Below, piece after piece: positions 48,707-57,519 of a stretch of DNA of 64,000 nucleotides. A model generated the notes under the pieces. The model had not been told where the DNA came from, searched no databases, and worked only from the letters and a program-made list of their open reading frames with translations. The position numbers and the translations under genes are program-made. Source of the DNA: Candidatus Latescibacterota bacterium (GTDB lineage: Bacteria; Latescibacterota; UBA2968; GCA-2709665); the NCBI GenBank assembly GCA_965208835.1, contig OZ242358.1:1920001-1984000 (forward strand), given 5' to 3'. Every line of letters starts with the position of its first letter. The first letter of the stretch is position 1.

Positions 48707-49756
48707 ATGTTAAAGGTCGGGGTTGCCGGATTGAGGCGTGGACGAGGCCTTGCGAAAACGTTCAATAACCATCCGGAAACGCACCTTGCGGCCATCTGCG
48801 ATCCGGTAGCCGAATGGCGGGAGCAGGCGGCCGAGACTTTTGGCGTCGAACAGGCGTATGCGGAATTTGACGCGTTTCTGTCCGCTGACCTGGATGTGGT
48901 TGTCGTGGCGACACCGGCGCCCCTGCACGCGGCTCAATCCATTCTGGCGATGGAAGCCGGCGCACATGTCCTGAGCGAGGTTCCGGCCGCCTGGTCGCTG
49001 GAGGAATGCGAGGCCCTGGCCGAGGCCGTTCGTCGCACCGGACAGCTCTACATGATGGCAGAGAATATGAACTTCTACCATTATGTTCAGGACTGGAGCA
49101 CGAAAATCCGGTCGGGCGCGATCGGCCGCGTTTTCTATGCTGAAGCGGAGTATATACACGATTGCCGGAAACTGATGAGGGGTCGCGACGGGGAACTGAC
49201 GTGGCGGGCATCCATGCCGCCGATCTACTATTGCACGCACAGCCTGGGACCGGTGCTGGATATCCTGGACGACCGCTGCGTTACCGCGGTGGGCATGTCC
49301 ACCGGCACGCATACGGCGCCCGATATCGGTTCGATAGACATGCAGGTGGGGTTGTTTCGGACGGAAAAGGGTAGCGTCGTCAAGATTCTTTGCGGGTTTA
49401 CCGTAACCCGCGAACCCGGGATGCACTGGCAGATTTTCTACGGTACCGAGGGCACCCTGGAAAACAGACGGGCGCCGTGGGAAGACGCCAAGATTTTCCG
49501 TTCGGGCGAAGGACCGATGGAGGCGTTTCCGGCGGAAGACTCGGATCCCGATGCGCCCGCCGAGGCGTTGGCGGGCGGACACGGCACATCGGAATACTAC
49601 ATGGTCGACCGGTTCGTGCGGGCAGCGACCGGCCGCGGTCCCGTACCAATAGACGTATACCGGTCTCTGGACTTCTCCGTACCCGGCCTGTGCGCGCACC
49701 TGTCGGCCCAACAGGGCGGCGTGCCTGTTGAGGTCCCGGATTACAGGGTCGGTTGA
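48707..49756 (+). CDS. Gfo/Idh/MocA family oxidoreductase
   Basis: KVGVAGL.RG, VVVATP, VLSEVP, YMMAEN, EYIHD and GGHG. Confidence 0.88.
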   Translation: MLKVGVAGLRRGRGLAKTFNNHPETHLAAICDPVAEWREQAAETFGVEQAYAEFDAFLSADLDVVVVATPAPLHAAQSILAMEAGAHVLSEVPAAWSLEECEALAEAVRRTGQLYMMAENMNFYHYVQDWSTKIRSGAIGRVFYAEAEYIHDCRKLMRGRDGELTWRASMPPIYYCTHSLGPVLDILDDRCVTAVGMSTGTHTAPDIGSIDMQVGLFRTEKGSVVKILCGFTVTREPGMHWQIFYGTEGTLENRRAPWEDAKIFRSGEGPMEAFPAEDSDPDAPAEALAGGHGTSEYYMVDRFVRAATGRGPVPIDVYRSLDFSVPGLCAHLSAQQGGVPVEVPDYRVG

Positions 49757-49809
49757 GGTCTGCCTGCCCCTGCTGCAGGGCGCGCGATTGATGATCCACG
49801 CATGGATTC

Positions 49810-49838
49810 TTGAATCGATCGAGCCGATTGCGTATATT
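49810..49838 (+). promoter_or_regulatory. sigma70 promoter for the hydroxypyruvate reductase gene
   Basis: TTGAAT-N17-TATATT. Confidence 0.55.
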
Positions 49839-49853
49839 CAGCGGACAATCGTA

Positions 49854-50015
49854 GAAGCTGTCTTAAAATTCCCAGCGGTCTTCGCACGGCTGCAAAAGCG
49901 CCGGTCGGCGTAGGTCAAACCCACCCGTATAGCCAAATATGGGCGGATTTTCCCGCCTTGACCGCCACTTTTTCGCTCGCGCTCGGGAACTCACCGGTAA
50001 TTTTAAAACAGCTTC
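49854..50015 (+). mobile_element. MITE family B, short (162 bp) variant in a 5' leader
   Basis: Near-identical to 36440-36601. Confidence 0.85.
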
Positions 50016-50098
50016 TTGCGGGGTTTCTGAGACGGTTCCGGCCGGCACTGATGGGCCGGCAAAACAGGATTCCGTCTTCAATCTTCAAGGAGGGTGTT

Positions 50099-51244
50099 TT
50101 GGCTGCTAATGAGTGGACGACGTTCAATGCTTCGGGAAATCTGCGCGTGGTGGTTACGAAGGAGCTTCCTGGCGACCGCTGGCTGAGTATACTGGAACAG
50201 GCGGGTTGCCGTGTTGAATACAGTACCTCCACCAGGATCCTGCAGGTCAACGAAATCAACGATGCGATAGGCGATCGGTGCGACGGCGTGATCGGACAGC
50301 TCACGGAAGATTGGGGCGAGCCGCTCTTTTCAGCGCTGAAAGCGGCAGGCGGCAAGGCTTACAGCAACTATGCGGTCGGTTTCAACAATGTGGACGTGGA
50401 TGCGGCCACACAAAATGGTATTCCCGTGGGAAACACGCCTGGCGTGTTGACTGAGACGACCGCGGAGATGGCGATTGCGCTGACGTTTTCCGCCGCGCGG
50501 CGGGTGGTGGAGGCCGATGAGTACATGCGGGGCGGGCGGTACGAAGGATGGCTGCCCACCCTGTTTCTGGGGCAGCTGCTGAACCGTAAGACCGTCGGTG
50601 TGATTGGCGCCGGGCGGATTGGCGCGACGTACGCGCGAATGATGGTCGAAGGGTTCAAGATGGACTTTATCTATTACGATCCCTATCCCAACGAACGGCT
50701 GGAGAATTACATTCGGGACTACGGCGCGTTCCTGGAGGGGCAGGGCGAAGAGCCCGTGACGGTGACCAGAGCAAACTCGGAAGCCGAGGTATTGCGCGAG
50801 GCCGACGTGGTCAGCCTGCATCCGCTTCTGGATCCGACCACCCACCACCTGATGAACGAGGAAAGCCTGAACCTGATGAAGTCTGACGCGATTCTCGTGA
50901 ATGCCAGCCGCGGGCCGGTCATCGATGAAACCGCGCTCGTGGCCCACTGCAGGAAAAACCCGGACTTCCGCGTCGGACTCGACGTCTTCGAAGACGAGCC
51001 CGAAATGAAGCCCGGCCTGAATGAACTCAACAACGTGGTTATCGTTCCCCACATTGCATCCGCGACAAGCTGGACCCGTGAAGGCATGGCGACGCTCGCC
51101 GCCAGCAACGTGGCCGGCGTTCTCAGGGGCCTTCCCGCGTGGAAGGATCAGGACGACATCCTGCCGTTCCTGGGCGACGACCCGCCCGGGGCGTGTCCGA
51201 GCATCGTGAATGCGGAGGCACTGGGACTGCCGGTGACCGGATAG
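50099..51244 (+). CDS. D-glycerate dehydrogenase / hydroxypyruvate reductase (plant HPR1-like)
   Basis: GVIGQLTEDW, GNTPGVLTETTAE, GAGRIG, NASRG, GLDVFEDEP and PHIASA. TTG start follows AGGAGG. Confidence 0.9.
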   Translation: MAANEWTTFNASGNLRVVVTKELPGDRWLSILEQAGCRVEYSTSTRILQVNEINDAIGDRCDGVIGQLTEDWGEPLFSALKAAGGKAYSNYAVGFNNVDVDAATQNGIPVGNTPGVLTETTAEMAIALTFSAARRVVEADEYMRGGRYEGWLPTLFLGQLLNRKTVGVIGAGRIGATYARMMVEGFKMDFIYYDPYPNERLENYIRDYGAFLEGQGEEPVTVTRANSEAEVLREADVVSLHPLLDPTTHHLMNEESLNLMKSDAILVNASRGPVIDETALVAHCRKNPDFRVGLDVFEDEPEMKPGLNELNNVVIVPHIASATSWTREGMATLAASNVAGVLRGLPAWKDQDDILPFLGDDPPGACPSIVNAEALGLPVTG

Positions 51245-51278
51245 CCGAGCCGGTTCAAATGCGGTGCATCAGGAATAC

Positions 51279-51321
51279 AGCGGCGGGATTCCGCGCGGAC
51301 AATGCGTGAAATCCCGCCGCT
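51279..51321. terminator. Hairpin terminator between convergent genes
   Basis: AGCGGCGGGATT...AATCCCGCCGCT followed by CGTTTT. Confidence 0.65.
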
Positions 51322-51345
51322 CGTTTTAACGTGGCACGCCGCCGG

Positions 51346-52203
51346 TCAGTCCGTTATCTTTGCAATGGCGATTCCGGATTCACCCGCCACGGAGTAGAGG
51401 AGATGGGTGTCGGCGCCCTCCCGGTAAATTCCAGGATCGCGAAGCTGCCGCACCCGCTCGGGTGACCATCCGCGGCGGGAGGGCTGCAGGGGAAGGTCCG
51501 CGCCTTCGTAATCGGTTTCCGGCTCGAGTACGACCTCGGCTTCCGACGCACGCCAGTTCATCCATTCCGGCGTCAACTCGACTCGGGACAGCAGAATGCG
51601 TTCGGGGCAGTCGTGGGCGTTGGAATAGAAGACCGAGAGCGTGTTGCCGTCCAGCTTCAGCGCGGTGTGGCGCTGGTCTTCGGAGAACAGCACGGGACCC
51701 TGCCCGAAATCCGTCAGGCCATCCTGCGATCGATAGAAGATCCCGGGCATCCCCAGTGCGTACGTCGTGCTTTTCCATTTGAAGACCCTGAAATAGGAAT
51801 TGCCCAGATCTTCCGGTCGTGCGGTAAAGTGTATACCGTCGGATGACAGCGCGACTTTGGACTGTTGGCCCCGGCCGGGCGCGGGGCCGTGATAGTACAT
51901 TCTGAATTCACGGTTCCTGTCGTCCACGTGGACGTCCGGCGAGGCAAGATGGCCGGTCGTGTACGCGTCGTTCAGGTGCAGCACCCCCGGTTCGTAGGTC
52001 GTCCAGGGACCGGTGAGACGGTCCGAATAGGCAAGGCGGATGTACTCGCCCCGATGGTGGCCGAAATAGAGGTAGTACTTTCCGAGGGCGTTGGGCAGCC
52101 AGTCGGGCGTCCGGACGAGCGAGGGTCCGTTGATGTTGGCGCCCATCCGGGAGTCCATGTGCGGGCGGATAATGGGGTTGTTCGGAAGGCGTTCAACGCG
52201 CAT
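51346..52203 (-). CDS. Five-bladed beta-propeller glycoside-hydrolase-like protein
   Basis: NNPII, INGPS, YYLYFGHH, HLASPDV, SSDGIHF and QLRDPG. Confidence 0.72.
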   Translation of the reverse strand: MRVERLPNNPIIRPHMDSRMGANINGPSLVRTPDWLPNALGKYYLYFGHHRGEYIRLAYSDRLTGPWTTYEPGVLHLNDAYTTGHLASPDVHVDDRNREFRMYYHGPAPGRGQQSKVALSSDGIHFTARPEDLGNSYFRVFKWKSTTYALGMPGIFYRSQDGLTDFGQGPVLFSEDQRHTALKLDGNTLSVFYSNAHDCPERILLSRVELTPEWMNWRASEAEVVLEPETDYEGADLPLQPSRRGWSPERVRQLRDPGIYREGADTHLLYSVAGESGIAIAKITD

Positions 52204-52218
52204 AGTCGGTTTCTCCCC

Positions 52219-52384
52219 TAGCAGTCCGTTGAGAAAGTCGCTCTGCAGGCGAGGCCGAGCCATTGTGGCCGAAGACAAGGCGCGCGACCGAGTCCCATCC
52301 AGCGATTCGGCGAGGGAGCGCAACGCAGTATTTCGACCGCAAGGGCCGGCCGTAGCCCGGATGGGCTTTTTCAACGGGCTGCTA
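52219..52384 (-). mobile_element. MITE family A, full copy between divergent genes
   Basis: Reverse complement of 15077-15242 with both TIRs. Confidence 0.87.
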
Positions 52385-52441
52385 ACCTGGTGGTGGATCG
52401 ACGTTGGCTGCGGCGCTTGGTCCGCGCGGTCTTCATGGAGT

Positions 52442-53431
52442 ATGTTGCCGGTGGAAGAGACGCTCGACAGACGTCTGTCGGTTGCGCCGATGATGGACTG
52501 GACTGACAGGCACGAAAGGTATTTCCTGAGGCTGTTTTCCCGGCACATCCTGCTATATACCGAGATGATTGCCGTGGACGCCGTCCTCCGCGGTCCGCGA
52601 GAGCAACTTCTGACATACCATCGCCGTGAGCATCCGGTAGCGCTTCAGCTGGGCGGCAGCGATCCGGAGGCGTTGGCGGGTTGCGCGCGGATCGGCGCGG
52701 AATTTGGATACGACGAAATCAATCTGAACGTGGGCTGCCCCAGCGACCGCGTGCAGGCCGGTCGATTCGGCGCGTGCCTCATGGCGGAGCCGGAACGGGT
52801 TGCCCGCTGCGTGGAGGCGATGCGCAAGGCCGTTGAAATTCCGGTCACCGTAAAGACAAGGATCGGAATCGATGACCGGGATTCCTACGAGGACCTGGTC
52901 TGTTTCGTACGGACCGTTTCCGACGGCGGATGCCGGGTCTTCGTCATTCACGCCAGAAAGGCCTGGCTTCGGGGGTTGAGTCCGAAACAGAACCGGGAGA
53001 TACCGCCCCTGCGATACGACGTGGTGTATCGGTTGAAACAGGACTTCCCGGATCTGACGGTAATCCTCAATGGAGGAATCACAACCCGAAATCAGGTGCG
53101 TCGGCACCTGGAAGACGTGGATGGGGTCATGATCGGGCGCGAGGCCTATCAGAATCCCTATTTCCTGGCGTCGATGGACCAGATGTTCTACGGTGATACG
53201 CGCGCCGTGGCCGGCAGGGGGGAGATTCTGGACCGTTTCTGCGATTATGTCGAGGACCAGCTGCGGCAGGGAATGCCGCTTGTCGGCATGACGCGGCACA
53301 TCCAGGGGCTCTTTCACGGAATGCCGGGAGCCCGCGCCTGGCGCCGTCATCTGAGCGAGAACGCCCACAGGCCCGGATCCGGGGTGGAAGTGATTCGACG
53401 GGCCGCGAACTTTGTTCTCGGACCGTCGTGA
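52442..53431 (+). CDS. dusA: tRNA dihydrouridine(20/20a) synthase
   Basis: SVAPMMDWTDRH, NLNVGCPS, HARKAWL.GLSPKQNR and GVMIGR.AY.NP. Confidence 0.94.
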   Translation: MLPVEETLDRRLSVAPMMDWTDRHERYFLRLFSRHILLYTEMIAVDAVLRGPREQLLTYHRREHPVALQLGGSDPEALAGCARIGAEFGYDEINLNVGCPSDRVQAGRFGACLMAEPERVARCVEAMRKAVEIPVTVKTRIGIDDRDSYEDLVCFVRTVSDGGCRVFVIHARKAWLRGLSPKQNREIPPLRYDVVYRLKQDFPDLTVILNGGITTRNQVRRHLEDVDGVMIGREAYQNPYFLASMDQMFYGDTRAVAGRGEILDRFCDYVEDQLRQGMPLVGMTRHIQGLFHGMPGARAWRRHLSENAHRPGSGVEVIRRAANFVLGPS

Positions 53432-53476
53432 TTCACCCGAGAACCGTGCTGGTGAGATCCCACGCCTTCCGGTTGT

Positions 53477-54262
53477 TTACGTCTTCAATGCCCGTCGGCA
53501 GGCGGCAACCAGCTCGCTGTGGGACGCGGTGTATCCGACATTGACTTCCGTGTCGATGACTGCCGCACGGGACAGGTCCAGGTTTTCGGACGTATCCGCG
53601 ACTTCAATGGCCGTGGTGCAGTCCCGGACGAGGATGATGTCGTAGCCGCGGTCCTTCATCGCCCTCATCCCGTAGTCCCTGAAGGGTACGCACATGTTGG
53701 CGGCGAAGCCTGCGTAGAACAGGTGCAGGACGCCCCGGTGTTTCAGGAGGCGGTGCAGCTGGGCGCCGGTTACGATAACGTCGTCGCCGTCGCGGGGTTC
53801 GGCCTCGGGAATGATGCGGCGGTTCCTGATGGTGTCTTCGAAGACCTGATCGTGAGGGTCCTTCGGTTGCGCCCACGCTTCGTATTCCCCCGTTCTTGAC
53901 CGGAATTCCGCGGGCGGCCAGTCGTCGGGTGCAGGAGACGAACGTCCGAAGACTTCCTCGTCGCCCGCGAAACGGGTCCACGCCTCGTAGCGTTTGGCGC
54001 AGTCGGGGCTGGGCGCGTGGATCACGGCGGCGCCCACCGACCGGAAGGCTTCGGCAACGGGAATGATGCGTTCGAGGGTGATCTCTCTCCCGCGCTGCAG
54101 GTGCGTGCTTACATAGTGTTCGCTCCACACGTCTACGAGTACCAGCGCGATCCTGTCCGCCGGATAGGCGCGCCGCAGGGTCCGGAGGTGGAATTCACCT
54201 TCGGTTACGCTCGCTCTCCGTGTGAGGTGATAGTAACGGACGTCCAGTCGGATGGTCTTCAT
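53477..54262 (-). CDS. Isochorismatase / cysteine hydrolase family protein
   Basis: ALVLVDVW, VIHAP, YAGFAANMCV and ILVRDCT. Only the C-terminal part of the 791-aa track ORF is real. Confidence 0.8.
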   Translation of the reverse strand: MKTIRLDVRYYHLTRRASVTEGEFHLRTLRRAYPADRIALVLVDVWSEHYVSTHLQRGREITLERIIPVAEAFRSVGAAVIHAPSPDCAKRYEAWTRFAGDEEVFGRSSPAPDDWPPAEFRSRTGEYEAWAQPKDPHDQVFEDTIRNRRIIPEAEPRDGDDVIVTGAQLHRLLKHRGVLHLFYAGFAANMCVPFRDYGMRAMKDRGYDIILVRDCTTAIEVADTSENLDLSRAAVIDTEVNVGYTASHSELVAACRRALKT

Positions 54263-54340
54263 ACGGGACCTTTCAGCTTGTCTGTTTCCGAGCCATTTTC
54301 CAAATGCAATATGGCCAGGAATGAACGCCGGTGTCAAGGA

Positions 54341-54377
54341 CAACAGTCCGCTGATAGAGTCGCTCTGCAGGCGAGGC
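54341..54377 (-). repeat. MITE family A, end fragment
   Basis: ACAGTCCGCTGATAGAGTCGCTCTGCAGGCGAGGC. Confidence 0.65.
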
Positions 54378-54421
54378 GGGTTTCCGGTACACAAACCACA
54401 TATGGAAAGGCGGCCTGAAAG

Positions 54422-55792
54422 ATGAAAAGAGAACACATCTGGGCCCATCATGAGTGGGACGCGACGATCAACTGGAAGTTGATGGAGGGCGGCTATGCCA
54501 ATCTCCAGAGCGTGAAGCCGGGCGAGGAGATCACGTTTCACATTTCGAACTCCCGGTCCTATTATGAAATCTTCATCTTCCGGGAAGGCGCAAGACGGGA
54601 ACTCGTCAAGACAATCGAGGGGCTGCGGGGTACGCTTCAGGAGGTCCCGGAACTGGGTTATCAGGATGGATACGGGTGGGCGCCGGCGGTGTCCTTCGTC
54701 GTTCCGGATGCGTGGAAGAGCGGGATCTATATTGCAACCTTCCCCACCGGACAGGGGTTGCGGGAGATTTTTTTCGTAGTAAGACCCAGGACGCCGCAAT
54801 CGCCGATGTTGCTGACGGTTGCCACGAACACCTACCAGGCATACAACAACGTGGGCGGCAAGTGCTTCTACGACTACATTTCCACCGATCGGCAGCACGC
54901 CAAGCTGCTGAGTTTCGAACGCCCGCTGCAGATGGAATGCCTGGGCAACTTCTACATCTGGGACCAGTTTTTCACGTCCTGGCTGGATGCCGAGAGGTAT
55001 GGCGCCGACTATTGTGTAAACGGCGACCACGACGCGGAACCCGATATACTGAACGGCTACCGGGCGAACGTGCGCTTCTGTCACGATGAATACAACAGCC
55101 GGAACGAGTGCGAACAACTGCACAGATTCGTTCAGAACGGCGGCAATCTCGTTCTGTTCGGGGGGAACTGCTTCTGCCAGGAGATCGAGTTGAGAAACCG
55201 GGGCAGGCAGATCTATTGCGCCAAGCCCTACTATCACGATCATCCGACGCCCGAGCGTCCGGATACGTCGTTTCTCAGTCATATCGATGATTTGCGCCAG
55301 CGGACAATAGGCGTCTTCTACACCTCGTTCGTTCATACGAAGACGCCCGATCCGAATGTATTTCTGGCGCCAACGACCGGAGATTGGGGCTATTATCGCG
55401 TGTGCGATCCGGACCACTGGGTGTTCGAGGGTACGGGACTCGCCGAGGGGGACGAATTCGGACGGGAGGACTCGATCGTTGGCGTGGAGGCGGACGCGGC
55501 GGACCTGGAATTCGAGAACGGCCGGCCGCGTTACACGGGCGCCGACGGCGTGTCGTCTGAGTATCGGATCGTGGCCATTGCCGATTGTATGACTCCCGAC
55601 GGCCACCGGCTGGTCAAGGAGGGGGGAAAGGAGGGCGTTGCGCCCTGCTACGGAACGGTGGCCGTTAACGAAACGGAATTCGAGGGTACGGTCTTCAACG
55701 CCGCCACGATCGAATGGGCTCATGGGTTGTACCGGGACGGGAGCGCGGTGGCTACGATCACGCGCAATGTATTGAACAGGCTGGCGACATAA
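54422..55792 (+). CDS. N,N-dimethylformamidase beta-subunit family (DUF6605-like) protein
   Basis: GYA...SV.PGE, WKSGIY, TNTYQAYN, SFERP, HDEY, GGN, HWVFEGTGL, GVEAD, VFNAATIEW and ITRNVL. Confidence 0.8.
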   Translation: MKREHIWAHHEWDATINWKLMEGGYANLQSVKPGEEITFHISNSRSYYEIFIFREGARRELVKTIEGLRGTLQEVPELGYQDGYGWAPAVSFVVPDAWKSGIYIATFPTGQGLREIFFVVRPRTPQSPMLLTVATNTYQAYNNVGGKCFYDYISTDRQHAKLLSFERPLQMECLGNFYIWDQFFTSWLDAERYGADYCVNGDHDAEPDILNGYRANVRFCHDEYNSRNECEQLHRFVQNGGNLVLFGGNCFCQEIELRNRGRQIYCAKPYYHDHPTPERPDTSFLSHIDDLRQRTIGVFYTSFVHTKTPDPNVFLAPTTGDWGYYRVCDPDHWVFEGTGLAEGDEFGREDSIVGVEADAADLEFENGRPRYTGADGVSSEYRIVAIADCMTPDGHRLVKEGGKEGVAPCYGTVAVNETEFEGTVFNAATIEWAHGLYRDGSAVATITRNVLNRLAT

Positions 55793-55851
55793 CGCGCGTG
55801 TGTCAGGATTCGGCGGCATTGATTTCGCCAACTTCAATCCGGGTACCAGCA

Positions 55852-57519
55852 ATGTCTGATACGACTGTTCGAATTCGACTCGACCTCAGAATCCCGGTGA
55901 GAGACGGGGTGAACCTCTACGGCGCGGCATACCTCCCGCCGCGCGGAGAGCGGTTTCCCGTACTGCTGATCCGGTCGCCATACAGCACACAGCACCCCAG
56001 GTACGTGGAGTGGGCCGTGCGTTTTGCCGCGTCGGGATACGCGGCTGTGATGGTGGACAGCCGCGGGCGCTACGAGTCCGAGGGCGAGTGGCGGGCGTAC
56101 GTGGACGAGGCGCAGGATGGATACGACACGCAGCAATGGATCGGGGCGCAGGCGTGGTGCGACGGCAACATCGGGATGTTCGGGATTTCATATCCGGGTT
56201 TCACACAGATTCTTCCGGCCCCGTTCCGGTGTCCCTTCGTGAAGGGGTTGATGCCCATTGCGAACCAGGAGGACAACTACGGGCACCTGCGCTATAACGG
56301 CGTGCTCCAGCTGCAGAATGCGATGAACTGGATCTGGCTGGGCGGGCGGACCAGACAGCACGCGCCGCGGGACCTGCTGGACTGGGACCGGATCTACCGC
56401 CGGCTGCCGCTGGTCTCGGCGATGGACGGCATCGCGGACCGGCCGTTCTTCAGGGAGATGGTCCGGCACAACGAATTCGACGCATTCTGGTCCTCGTACA
56501 GCATGAAAGGCCGGTACGGGGAAGTGAATACGCCGGCCTATTTCGTGTCGGGATGGTACGATAATCTGGTCCACGAGGGTTTCAAGTGTTTTCGCGGCTG
56601 GCGCACGGAAGCCGGAGACACCCGTACCCGGCAACTGACCCGTCTGATGGTCGGGCCCTGGACGCACTCGCAGATCGGGAGCGCCGAGCCATTCGGAGAC
56701 ATCGACTTCGGATCGAACGCGGCGGTGGATATTCCTGGTGAACATCTGCGCTGGTACGACAAGCGGCTGCGCGGGATCGATACGGGAATCGACGAGGAAC
56801 CAGCCATCCGGATTTTCGTGATGGGCAGGAACGCGTGGCGATGGGAAAACGAGTGGCCGCTGGCGCGAACGAATTACACGGCGTACTATCTCCACAGCGG
56901 TGGCCGTGCCAATTCGCTTCGGGGCGACGGTGAACTCAGCCTCGAGGCACCGGGAGACGAGCCCGCGGACCGCTTCGACTACGATCCCGGGGATCCGGTG
57001 CCCACGGTGGGCGGGCAGAGTCTGTCACCCGCCAACACGGGTCCCCGCGACCGGCGGGGTGTGGAATGCCGTGAAGACGTGCTGGTATACACGACGGAAA
57101 CACTGGTGTCGGACGTGGAGGTAACAGGCCCGGTGGCGCTCACGCTGTTTGCCGCATCGGATGCGAGGGATACGGACTTTACGGCGACTCTGGTCGACGT
57201 GCATCCCGATGGCAGGGCGATCCATATAACGGAGGGCATCGTGCGGGCGCGATTCCGCGAGTCCTTTCGCAGGCCGGATCTCGTCCTTCCGGGGGAGGTG
57301 GTGGAATACAGGATCGTCCTCTGGGAGACCAGCAATGTGTTCAAAACAAGCCATCGAATCAGACTGGAGGTCTCCAGCAGCAACTTCCCCCGTTTCGACC
57401 GGAATCTGAATACGGGCAATACCCCCGGTCTGGACGATGAAATGAAGGTCGCCCGCCAGACGGTTTATCACAGTGGAAAATATGCTTCATATCTGCGTTT
57501 GCCGGTGATTCCCGAATGA
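55852..57519 (+). CDS. CocE/NonD family hydrolase
   Basis: RDGV.L, RSPY, DSRGRY.SEG, GISYPG, GWYD, GPWTH and SSSNFPRFDRN. Confidence 0.92.
   Translation: MSDTTVRIRLDLRIPVRDGVNLYGAAYLPPRGERFPVLLIRSPYSTQHPRYVEWAVRFAASGYAAVMVDSRGRYESEGEWRAYVDEAQDGYDTQQWIGAQAWCDGNIGMFGISYPGFTQILPAPFRCPFVKGLMPIANQEDNYGHLRYNGVLQLQNAMNWIWLGGRTRQHAPRDLLDWDRIYRRLPLVSAMDGIADRPFFREMVRHNEFDAFWSSYSMKGRYGEVNTPAYFVSGWYDNLVHEGFKCFRGWRTEAGDTRTRQLTRLMVGPWTHSQIGSAEPFGDIDFGSNAAVDIPGEHLRWYDKRLRGIDTGIDEEPAIRIFVMGRNAWRWENEWPLARTNYTAYYLHSGGRANSLRGDGELSLEAPGDEPADRFDYDPGDPVPTVGGQSLSPANTGPRDRRGVECREDVLVYTTETLVSDVEVTGPVALTLFAASDARDTDFTATLVDVHPDGRAIHITEGIVRARFRESFRRPDLVLPGEVVEYRIVLWETSNVFKTSHRIRLEVSSSNFPRFDRNLNTGNTPGLDDEMKVARQTVYHSGKYASYLRLPVIPE

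Noticed and set aside
54263-55852. 791-aa minus-strand ORF suggesting a large fusion protein
   Set aside because: The first ~530 codons are the antisense shadow of the DMFase-like gene plus a MITE fragment. Only 53477-54262 has family motifs.
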